This document shows, in pieces, positions 9,696 to 17,297 of a stretch of DNA of 38,339 bases; positions within the stretch are counted from its first letter, which is position 1, and every line of letters begins with the position of its first letter. The notes below the pieces were generated by a model. It did not search any database. It had not been told where the DNA came from and saw only the letters and a list, made by a program, of their open reading frames with translations. The DNA lies in IMG/VR virus record IMGVR_UViG_3300005286_000044, positions 1-38,339 of that record. One strand, given 5' to 3'. The position numbers and the translations under genes were made by a program. Source of the stretch: a virus (taxonomy: Duplodnaviria > Caudoviricetes).

Positions 9696-9956
9696 TCACA
9701 ACTTGAAGTCGATTGTCTCTTTACCGCCCGGCGAGGTCATGCGTGCTTTCAGCGCCTCAATTTCGCGGTTCAGTGCAGCCACAATTTTGCGAACATCGCT
9801 TTCGTCAAATTCGTAAGCGGATTTGTTACCCAGTTTTCCGATTACTCGGATCGCCTTCATTGCGTTTACAGTGCGGCTTTCCGCGAGCTGGACGAACTTT
9901 TCCCGCTTGCCAGCACTCTTCACCTTAGCGGTTTCGTCTGCCTTTTTGAGCATCAT
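9696..9956 (-). CDS. Small basic helical hypothetical protein, first gene of the GHKL operon
   Basis: 86 aa KREKFVQLAESRTVNAMKAIRVIGKLGNKSAYEFDESDVRKI; RBS GGGGA; ends 31 bp upstream of the GHKL gene. Confidence 0.75.
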   Translation of the reverse strand: MMLKKADETAKVKSAGKREKFVQLAESRTVNAMKAIRVIGKLGNKSAYEFDESDVRKIVAALNREIEALKARMTSPGGKETIDFKL

Positions 9957-10233
9957 TGCTTCCCCTGAATCACCGTCTGAATTGCCGCAGCATTACTCCG
10001 ATAATTTTTCGGATAATTTAGCGGCTCTCGTGAGTCAAGCAGATTCAGAGAACGTGGGTAAATTGGCGCTGGACGCGGTTAAAATGGACCCGCGCATACG
10101 GAACGGAATGGCCCATCACAAACCGAACGTTGCAGGGCGCCCCGCTACGCAGTGGCATGGGGACGGGGGCTCGCATTGAGCACCGATCCAGCGGCGGCGA
10201 TGCGCGATGGCACCGCCGGATTGGTTCTATGTA

Positions 10234-10262
10234 TTGTTGAGTTGCGAAACGGCGCCTATGTT
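10234..10262 (+). promoter_or_regulatory. Candidate sigma70 promoter for the structured RNA
   Basis: TTGTTG-N17-TATGTT; predicted +1 near 10266-10269, coinciding with the 5' end of the fold. Confidence 0.35.
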
Positions 10263-10265
10263 CGC

Positions 10266-10530
10266 GGGTGAAGGCTTGGCCGTAGGGTCGGGGTTCCTTG
10301 AACTGATCGCCATCGCGGCGTGGTTCGCAACCTGCCAGGTCTCCATTTCCGCGGGGTTTTCCCTAACGATGGAGATCAACATGGAAGCACACGTCGAATG
10401 GTGCCTGGGGATGCTAGCGGTGCTGTGGGGCCCTGGCGGGTCAGCTGAACCACGCAGGCGATGGAACAGTAGGGGAATTCGACCGCAGGCCGGGAGTGCC
10501 GCGCGGGGTTCGATTCCCCGCCTCCACGCC
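10266..10530 (+). ncRNA. Predicted long rod-shaped non-coding RNA with a tRNA-like 3' end (T-arm + acceptor-like stem)
   Basis: Nested complementary blocks with many G-U pairs (e.g. 10318-10326/10447-10455, 10330-10339/10432-10441, 10286-10299/10472-10484) and T-loop GGGG-TTCGATT-CCCC at 10505-10519. Confidence 0.6.
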
Positions 10531-10533
10531 CCT

Positions 10534-10836
10534 TCAGTCCTTCTTTCCCCCGGCAACAACGGCGAAGGCGCGCATAGCCGGCGGCAGATCGGGCGGCCGA
10601 GGCGCGCCCGTGACATCGATCAGCGCTGCGCAGCAGCCGCCTTCATCGCGCTTCGGATACCAACGGCCCCCGCCGGTTCGATGCACGCAATCCAAGGTAA
10701 GCTTCTTCAGAACTTCTTCCGCTTCGGTTTCGGGGCCATAAGCCGCCGCCAAGCGAGCAAGCCGGTAGCGGCCCGATCGCCCGCAGCGCTCGCAAGCGAT
10801 CCTTACGATGACGAATGGATACTGCGAGAGGCGCAT
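10534..10836 (-). CDS. Small Cys-rich (putative Zn-binding) hypothetical protein
   Basis: MRLSQYPFVIVRIACERCGRSGRY...LDC...GGCCA; SOS box just upstream. Confidence 0.7.
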   Translation of the reverse strand: MRLSQYPFVIVRIACERCGRSGRYRLARLAAAYGPETEAEEVLKKLTLDCVHRTGGGRWYPKRDEGGCCAALIDVTGAPRPPDLPPAMRAFAVVAGGKKD

Positions 10837-10858
10837 TCCCGGTTCCGCCTGATTCAAA

Positions 10859-10873
10859 GTTCTCATTTTGTTC
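10859..10873 (-). promoter_or_regulatory. Alphaproteobacterial LexA (SOS) box
   Basis: GTTC-TCATTTT-GTTC (GAAC-N7-GAAC on the minus strand), 22 bp upstream of the ATG at 10836. Confidence 0.75.
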
Positions 10874-10973
10874 TTATCGGCGAGATGGATCAAGAGGCCC
10901 GTCCCTGATGGGCCCTGTCTCCGTCGAAATGATGCGATAGAATCCCTGATCCGCTGCAATATTGGGGGGCGCT

Positions 10974-11297
10974 ATGAACGAATTCTGGGCCGGTATCATT
11001 GGGGTCATAGTGGGAGGCGTCGTTACCGTTGCCGGCCAATGGCTGAAGCATCAATGGGAAACTCGGGGTACGCGCGAGCGCGATCAGAAGCGCAAAGCGC
11101 TATTGACGCAGATGCTGAACAATCCCGGCCCGGAGGGGTGGCGGGATATGAAGACCTTGTCGGGTGTGATCGGAGCCGGCCGGGACGAAACGGCCCGGCT
11201 GCTGATCGAGATCGGTGCGCGTTCATCGGAAACCGGCGCCGACGTATGGGCCTTCATCAAAGATAAGCCATTGCCTCAGGCGAAAGCCAAGCACTGA
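10974..11297 (+). CDS. Single-pass membrane protein with small soluble domain
   Basis: N-terminal TM (FWAGIIGVIVGGVVTVAG) then a helical domain WRDMKTLSGVIG..ETARLLIEIGAR. Confidence 0.7.
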   Translation: MNEFWAGIIGVIVGGVVTVAGQWLKHQWETRGTRERDQKRKALLTQMLNNPGPEGWRDMKTLSGVIGAGRDETARLLIEIGARSSETGADVWAFIKDKPLPQAKAKH

Positions 11298-11434
11298 CTT
11301 TGCGCCCCTTTGCGCCGAATTGCGCCTAAATGCCGGTTGGCCCTTGGGATCAATGATCTTCGCGTTCGCAAACGAAGCGAAGGAATGGATCGTTGGCAAC
11401 CGGGCGCCGCGCAAGGATCGAGCCGCCGGCCGGG

Positions 11435-11611
11435 ATGGATACGGCGGTTGCAAGATTCATCGAAGAATTCGCGCGCGCGGCAGTGCGGCGCGAACAGCGC
11501 CGCTTGCAACGGACAAGCCCGGATGCATCCCAAGACGGCAGTGCGGCGGGGGAAAAGCGAGCAATTGCGGGATCGTCCCACGCGGGTAGTCTCGGCGATC
11601 CGCAACCGTGA
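11435..11611 (+). CDS. Small hypothetical protein upstream of the integrase (possible accessory/directionality factor)
   Basis: MDTAVARFIEEFARAAVRREQRR..., ending 11 bp before the integrase ATG. Confidence 0.35.
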   Translation: MDTAVARFIEEFARAAVRREQRRLQRTSPDASQDGSAAGEKRAIAGSSHAGSLGDPQP

Positions 11612-11622
11612 ACGGAACGCCA

Positions 11623-13239
11623 ATGACCCGCGCCGCCATCTACGCCCGCTTTTCATCCGATCTTCAGAACGATCGTTCGATCGAAGATCAAGCCGCGCTA
11701 TGCCGAACCATATGCGATCGCGCCGGCTACGAAGTCGTGGCGCTCTATCAGGATCGCGCGCTTTCGGGAACATCTACCGCGCATCGGGCCGGCTTCCAGG
11801 CCATGATGCAGGCTGCGGGCGCCGACCTGTTTGATGCCATCGTTGCCGAAGATGTAGATCGCATCGCGCGCGATCAGGCCGATTGGCATTGGGCGCGCAA
11901 GCGCCTTGATTTCCTGGGCATCAAAATTCATACGCCCGGCGGCGTCGTCGGGCGCCTCGATGGAAGCGTTCGGGCGATGATGGCCGAACATTTCATCGAA
12001 AACCTCGCCCTTCATGTTCGCCGCGGCATGGCCGGCGTGATCCGCGAAGGCCGCAACGCCGGCGGCCGCGCCTATGGCTATCGCCCGATCTTAGGGAAGC
12101 CGGGCGAACTGGAAACCATCGAAGAAGAAGCGGAAACCGTCCGGCGCATTTTCGAACTGTATACGGGCGGCCGTACGCCGCGCGAAATCGCGGCGATGCT
12201 GAACGCGGAAAACATCGCGCCGCCGCGCGGCCGCTTCTGGCGCGCATCCAGCATACTTGGCAACCCGCAACGCGGGCATGGGATAATCTGCAATCCGATC
12301 TACATGGGGCGGCTGGTCTGGAACCGCGTCCGGATGGTGCGCGATCCCGATACCGGTAAGCGCGTTAGCCGCGTGAACCCTAAGGAAGAATGGCAATCGG
12401 CGGATGTCCCGCATCTGCGGATCATCGAAGACGCGCTTTTCCAAGCCGCCCAGGATCGCCGCAACCAGCGAACGAAGCTTCAGCCTCGAGGTCGCATCAA
12501 GCCGCGCCATCCGCTTTCCGGGCTGCTGCGATGCGGCGCCTGCGGCGCGGGGATGTCAGTCAAGGATCGCGATCGTGGCCGTTTGCGGATCATCTGTTCG
12601 CAATTCAAGGAAGCCGGCCAATGCGACAACGGCCGGTCCTACTATCTGGATACGATCGAACGCACGGTCATCGGCGGCCTGCAGGAACAGCTGGGAAGCC
12701 ACGAGGCGATCGCCTACTATATCAAGGTTTTCAACGAAGAACGATCGCGCGCATCGGCCCAGGCCGCGGCGAACTTCGCGCGCCTGGAAACGCAACTGGC
12801 GGATGCCCAAAGGGATCTCGACCGGATCATCGATGCGGTGATTAAGGGGCGCATTACCGATGAAGAAGCCGATGCGCGCCTGCCGGCTTTGCGGGAAGCG
12901 CGGGATAGCCTGAAGCGCGAACTGGAACTGGCCGAAAAGCCCCCGAAGGTCATCAGCCTGCATCCGGCGGTGGTCGATGAATACCTGCGGAACCTTGATC
13001 GCCTAGCGGAACTGATCGGCGCCGATCTGGCCGAAGGCGATAGCGGCTTGGCGTTAGCCCTGCGATCCCTGATCGATACGGTAACAGTCATGCCCGCGCC
13101 CGCGCGCGAAGCGCCCGTGATCCGGGTTAGCGGCCATCTGGCAAGCCTGTTGGGGGCCGATGTGTTCCCGCAACGTTCCTTTGCGGGGGGTGCGATGGTA
13201 GCGGAGGAGGGATTCGAACCCCCGACACAAGGATTATGA
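11623..13239 (+). CDS. Large serine recombinase (integrase)
   Basis: AAIYARFSSDLQ..SIEDQ (catalytic Ser), DRIARD, recombinase domain AYGY, Zn ribbon LSGLLRCGACG...C..C, coiled coil. Confidence 0.95.
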   Translation: MTRAAIYARFSSDLQNDRSIEDQAALCRTICDRAGYEVVALYQDRALSGTSTAHRAGFQAMMQAAGADLFDAIVAEDVDRIARDQADWHWARKRLDFLGIKIHTPGGVVGRLDGSVRAMMAEHFIENLALHVRRGMAGVIREGRNAGGRAYGYRPILGKPGELETIEEEAETVRRIFELYTGGRTPREIAAMLNAENIAPPRGRFWRASSILGNPQRGHGIICNPIYMGRLVWNRVRMVRDPDTGKRVSRVNPKEEWQSADVPHLRIIEDALFQAAQDRRNQRTKLQPRGRIKPRHPLSGLLRCGACGAGMSVKDRDRGRLRIICSQFKEAGQCDNGRSYYLDTIERTVIGGLQEQLGSHEAIAYYIKVFNEERSRASAQAAANFARLETQLADAQRDLDRIIDAVIKGRITDEEADARLPALREARDSLKRELELAEKPPKVISLHPAVVDEYLRNLDRLAELIGADLAEGDSGLALALRSLIDTVTVMPAPAREAPVIRVSGHLASLLGADVFPQRSFAGGAMVAEEGFEPPTQGL

Positions 13240-13241
13240 TT
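13196..13241 (-). repeat. att site: 3' half of a tRNA with CAT anticodon (probably elongator tRNA-Met)
   Basis: Minus strand reads AAT-CAT-AATCCTTGTGTCGGGGGTTCGAATCCCTCCTCCGCTACCA; tRNA-like sequence stops just past the anticodon loop, with no D-arm or 5' acceptor strand. Confidence 0.85.
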
Positions 13242-13497
13242 TTGGCAAGTAGATAGTGCGTCCTGCCATTTCTTGTCCTAGACTATTTCAATAAGTAATT
13301 GGCGCCGATCAGGAAAACATTTCCGATCTGCTCCGCCAAATTTCAACTTCACCCATTTCACCAACCGGGCATCGGACCCCCATCTGTTACCCACAGCGGT
13401 GGGCTGTTCGCCAACTGGTGACGTGGGTCAGCGACCGGTCACAATCGTTCTTGGCGTTGCCCTTCTAAGCAGGTTAGTCTGCCAAGGGGGAGAGCGC

Positions 13498-14118
13498 ATG
13501 CCTACTTGCAATTTATGCGGTGAAGAAATCGAATTTCGCTACATTGGCGGCAGGCCCACACCCATTCATGTAAGCGGTCGCTGGTGCACGGGATACAGTT
13601 CCGGCTCCAGCCCCGCCGTTGCCAAGCCGTTTCAAACGATCACCTCCTACGTGAACCCGAACGCCCATTGCCCGGTGTGCGGCGAACGGGTATTTTTCTA
13701 TCGGAGTCCGAATGGTGGGCGGGTGTTCTTTGACGATCTGGGCTGGCCATGGCCAAAACACCGATGCACTGACAATCCGATGTCGCAGTCCGCAACGGTG
13801 AGGATTGTAGCTCAGAGAGTTCATACCTCTTTCCGGAATAGGAATGGCGAGCCGCTCGATCTGTACGAGTTGGCGTCACTCACCGAGAAGAACAACATCG
13901 TTCAAATGCGCTTCAGCAGGATTGGAGAGAACCGCAGCTTTCGCGCCTCGGTCTCTGTCGGTGAGCTGCGGACCTGGAAGGTAACCTTAGCAGATCTTAG
14001 GGCCGCGCCTTCTTTCGTGGTGCGGTCGAGTGGAGAGTTCCGAATTCTCGAGTTCATTTCAGGCCGCAAACAAATAATCGACCGCATCGTGGTCCGGAAG
14101 CCGAAGCCCTCCGCATAG
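13498..14118 (+). CDS. Hypothetical protein with Zn-finger-like motifs
   Basis: CNLC..H..C and CPVCG..VFFY..NGGRVFFDDLGWPWPKHRC; RBS GGAGAG. Confidence 0.7.
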   Translation: MPTCNLCGEEIEFRYIGGRPTPIHVSGRWCTGYSSGSSPAVAKPFQTITSYVNPNAHCPVCGERVFFYRSPNGGRVFFDDLGWPWPKHRCTDNPMSQSATVRIVAQRVHTSFRNRNGEPLDLYELASLTEKNNIVQMRFSRIGENRSFRASVSVGELRTWKVTLADLRAAPSFVVRSSGEFRILEFISGRKQIIDRIVVRKPKPSA

Positions 14119-14179
14119 ACGGCATCAAGCATATGGTCGATGATATAAAATTGTTCTGGCCGGTCATCGGCAATTGATC

Positions 14180-14965
14180 TCAAAGGAGAGTCTTTGTGAT
14201 TTTCCGGACACCATCAATCAATTCAGCAACTTCCTCTTGTGTAGGGTCGCTGGTCTTCTTGTGATCGCATTTGTTTCGTAGATCACCAAGATGCTGGATG
14301 AACCGCCATTGAGCCACGTCCGCGACGGATGCGGCCTTCAGTGCGTCATTTAGATCAGAAATAGCGGGGACTTTCTTGCGGATTGTAACCTTATGCCGTT
14401 CACAAACGGCTGCTAGGTGTCCCTCCAAAACAACGCCTGCCATCGCTCCCGCCCCCCGCCGAAAACCCTTCTTGTTCAACTCTTCTGCCGCGTGAAGCTC
14501 ATCATCCATCAAGTCCGCATGCAGCAAAATCTTGATGTCATACAGGGTAGACGCAAAGCGGTTTGCCAGCCCCGCAATGATGTTGAACTGCTGGTACATT
14601 GGTTGAAGGGCTCCGCTTTGCCCAACAACCACGTCACCATAGTGACGAACGGTTAGCCCCCGCAGATAGTCGCTGATGGTGTAGTTCGCCCACGTGTACT
14701 CCTTGGGTGGAGTTTTTGGCGCGTAGTACGCCTTGAAATCATCAAGACGCTCGGGGAGCACTTGCGAAAGGAGCGCGATGGCTTCGGAGTACCACGCCTG
14801 GTAGTTGGAACTGAAGTTCGGTAGGTTCTTTAGCTCTTCCTCGGACATGTCGGTCTTTACCTCCGACGATTGTCCGCACTCCCGCTGCATGGCTAAAACG
14901 AACTTCCCGCCTTGTCTTGCGAGACGCTGAATATCTTTTTGATAGCGTTCAATAGTGCCGGCCAT
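14180..14965 (-). CDS. HEPN-domain protein (putative RNase, Abi-like)
   Basis: GAGAMAGVVLEGHL and Rx4H motif LRNKCDH in the C-terminal domain. Confidence 0.7.
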   Translation of the reverse strand: MAGTIERYQKDIQRLARQGGKFVLAMQRECGQSSEVKTDMSEEELKNLPNFSSNYQAWYSEAIALLSQVLPERLDDFKAYYAPKTPPKEYTWANYTISDYLRGLTVRHYGDVVVGQSGALQPMYQQFNIIAGLANRFASTLYDIKILLHADLMDDELHAAEELNKKGFRRGAGAMAGVVLEGHLAAVCERHKVTIRKKVPAISDLNDALKAASVADVAQWRFIQHLGDLRNKCDHKKTSDPTQEEVAELIDGVRKITKTLL

Positions 14966-15143
14966 TCCACCCCCCACTTAATCCAGCCGCGAATTGACGA
15001 AAGTGCGAACGCTTATCGCCTATCCGCGGATCTTCGACGGCCTTCCCAATTCACTCCTGACCTTTCAGCGGGATGACTATCCCTTTCAAATAGCTCCAAA
15101 TCATACCCCGACACACGGATTTTTTCGTCTTATGTGTCGGGTC

Positions 15144-16412
15144 ATGCGCAAGAAGCTAACGACGAAGACAATCGACGCGCTGCCGCCCGCGAAAGGCAAG
15201 CGGTATGAGGTGCGCGATGCCGTGTTGCCCGGCCTGCATATTCGTGTGTCAGCCACAGGTGGGAAGGTCTGGTATCTCAGCACGCGCGTCGAGGGGCGCA
15301 TGCGTCGTATCAAGCTCGGCGCATATCCCATCATTTCGCTCTCGGACGCCCGTCAGCGCGCCCAAGGCATTTTGCGCGACATCGCCCTCGGCAAATACGC
15401 TGAAAGCGCTCCTGGCTCGCCTGAGGCGCCAACGCCGACGCTTGGCGACATCATCCCACAGTTCCTCGATCGGCACGCCAAGCGGCACACGAAGGACTGG
15501 AAGGGAACGCGGAGCGTGCTCCTGCGCATGAAGCAACTGCACGCTAAGCCGATTGACCAGATCAAGCGTACCGATGTGGTGCACGAACTTGAGGCGATGA
15601 TTGCCGACATCGAGGAGAACGGCGGCAAGGGGACGCGGGCAAACCGCGGGCTAGCTGCGATAAAGAAATTGTATTCGTGGTGCATCGACCAGGGTATTGT
15701 CGAGATATCACCTGTGGCCGCCCTGAAGCCCCTTATTAAAGAAGTCGCGCGCGACCGCTGGCTGACCGATGAGGAGATCAGGGCGTTCTGGCGCGGATGC
15801 GAGGCCGAAGGCTATCCGTTCGAACAATTAGGCAAGCTGCTCCTGCTGACCGGGCAGCGTCTCAGGGAGATTTCCGATATGCGCTGGTCGGAACTCGATC
15901 TGGACAAGGGGACGCTGACGCTGAAGGGCTCGCGTACCAAGAATGGCACGCTGCATGTCCTGCCTCTGTCGCCGCAGGCGGTCACCATCCTGTCGTCTAT
16001 ACCGCGTTTCCTTGACTCCGATTTCGTCTTCACCACGACCGGCACGACGCCGATTTCCGGCTTCGGACGGTTTAAGCGTCGTCTCGACGTGTTTGTCGGC
16101 CTCGATGCCGAGGATTGGCGTTTCCACGATCTTCGACGCACCGCCGCCACCAATATGGCGATTATGAGCGTCCAGCCGCACATCATCGAGGCCGTGCTGA
16201 ACCACAAAACGGGTATCGTGTCCGGCGTCGCCGCCGTCTACAATCGCTACGCGTATGTCGATGAAAAGCGCGAGGCATTGGAGCGGTGGGCCGATCGTGT
16301 ATCCTCGCTGATTGATGGCGAGGGGAACGATGCCGATCGAGATCAAGAAGACCTTTTTCGTGTCGCCGGTCGAGGCGTTTCAGATCGTGGGTCGGGAGAG
16401 CTTCGGGCCTGA
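15144..16412 (+). CDS. Tyrosine integrase with N-terminal arm-binding domain (P4-like)
   Basis: RD..LPGLHIRVS..G.K.W..LGAYP.ISL..AR arm domain; LTGQRLREI, RTKNG, HDLRRT, LNH, VYNRY catalytic motifs. Confidence 0.95.
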   Translation: MRKKLTTKTIDALPPAKGKRYEVRDAVLPGLHIRVSATGGKVWYLSTRVEGRMRRIKLGAYPIISLSDARQRAQGILRDIALGKYAESAPGSPEAPTPTLGDIIPQFLDRHAKRHTKDWKGTRSVLLRMKQLHAKPIDQIKRTDVVHELEAMIADIEENGGKGTRANRGLAAIKKLYSWCIDQGIVEISPVAALKPLIKEVARDRWLTDEEIRAFWRGCEAEGYPFEQLGKLLLLTGQRLREISDMRWSELDLDKGTLTLKGSRTKNGTLHVLPLSPQAVTILSSIPRFLDSDFVFTTTGTTPISGFGRFKRRLDVFVGLDAEDWRFHDLRRTAATNMAIMSVQPHIIEAVLNHKTGIVSGVAAVYNRYAYVDEKREALERWADRVSSLIDGEGNDADRDQEDLFRVAGRGVSDRGSGELRA

Positions 16413-16923
16413 TTGGCATCCCGACTGCGTGAATGATCCCGACTCTGAGCACCGACGCATTGCGCTCAAAAATTTGCGCGCCGCATTGCAAAGCGGCCAA
16501 GTGAATGCGTTCTGGCACGACTTCGACCACGAGCGGGAACTGACCCCGATCGATGCCGCCGGCGAGTTCTTCAGGGTCAATCTCGACGACAACTGCATTC
16601 ACCTGTCCTTCTTCGCCGGGAAGCCGATCCAATGCGGCATCCACGCGGACCAACTCGCGACCTTTATCCGATCCGAAGGGGCGACCTCGACCAAGCTGAC
16701 GGTCGGTGCCGAAAGCGCATGCTTCCAGTGGTTGCTCGCCATGATGTCCGGCGACGGTGATGTTCCCAAACGGGATGTGCTTCGACAAATGGCTGGTCAG
16801 GAATTTCCAGGTTTGTCCGGCGCAGCATACGACCGTGCTCGCAGGCGTGCAATCGAGCATTCTGGGCGGCAGGACCTCTCCAAATCGGGGCGTCGACCGA
16901 GTACACCAAAATCTAATCGGTGA
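16330..16923 (+). CDS. Hypothetical protein between integrase and AlpA
   Basis: 197-aa ORF with RBS GAGGGG, overlapping the integrase end; typical island-core position. Confidence 0.6.
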   Translation: MPIEIKKTFFVSPVEAFQIVGRESFGPDWHPDCVNDPDSEHRRIALKNLRAALQSGQVNAFWHDFDHERELTPIDAAGEFFRVNLDDNCIHLSFFAGKPIQCGIHADQLATFIRSEGATSTKLTVGAESACFQWLLAMMSGDGDVPKRDVLRQMAGQEFPGLSGAAYDRARRRAIEHSGRQDLSKSGRRPSTPKSNR

Positions 16924-17015
16924 CCCAATCGATTTTTGCCGGCTATTTCGGCAAGCGCCGCCCCGTCATCCTCCCGTTGCTGTCCGTATAGCAACGAAAA
17001 CAAGAGGATGAAGCC

Positions 17016-17255
17016 ATGAGTAAAAGATCACCGAGACCCCAACAGCCCCTTGTGCTGACACGCGGGGACCTGAAACGCCTTGGCATCAAGGTGTCGAACA
17101 CCACCCTCCTGCGGTGGGAGGCGTGTAGCCGCTTTCCCCGACGCATTCGCATGGCCGGAAGCTCGGTCGCATGGCTCGCAGCGGAAGTGTACGCATGGCT
17201 TGACCAGCGGGCCAGCGAACGCGCTGGGCACCACTACGCCGACGCGAAGCTCTAA
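17016..17255 (+). CDS. AlpA-family regulator/excisionase
   Basis: GIKVSNTTLLRWE...FPRRIRMAGSSVAWLAAEVYAWL. Confidence 0.85.
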   Translation: MSKRSPRPQQPLVLTRGDLKRLGIKVSNTTLLRWEACSRFPRRIRMAGSSVAWLAAEVYAWLDQRASERAGHHYADAKL

Positions 17256-17297
17256 TCGAGGGGCGTTTTAGCCCCTCACTCTTTCCTCGAAAACCAG

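Larger units (their letters stand above)
1..13195 (+). mobile_element. Temperate prophage, right end (tail, lysis, morons, serine integrase), integrated at the 3' end of a tRNA(CAT) sequence
   Basis: Tail and lysis genes, then an accessory block, then a large serine recombinase abutting the TGG (CCA on the minus strand) of a tRNA 3' half at 13196. Confidence 0.85.

Noticed and set aside
10266-10530. tmRNA or ordinary tRNA call for the structured RNA
   Set aside because: No GGGG 5' end with CCA 3' end, no tag reading frame ending in a stop, and no D or anticodon arms; alphaproteobacterial tmRNA is also two-piece
10207-10908. 233-aa plus-strand ORF
   Set aside because: Low-complexity translation, antisense to the better-supported Cys-rich gene, and overlapping the RNA fold
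13196-13275. Intact tRNA-Met gene
   Set aside because: Only the anticodon loop to CCA is present; beyond 13241 there is no 5' anticodon stem, D-arm or acceptor strand, so it is called an att fragment
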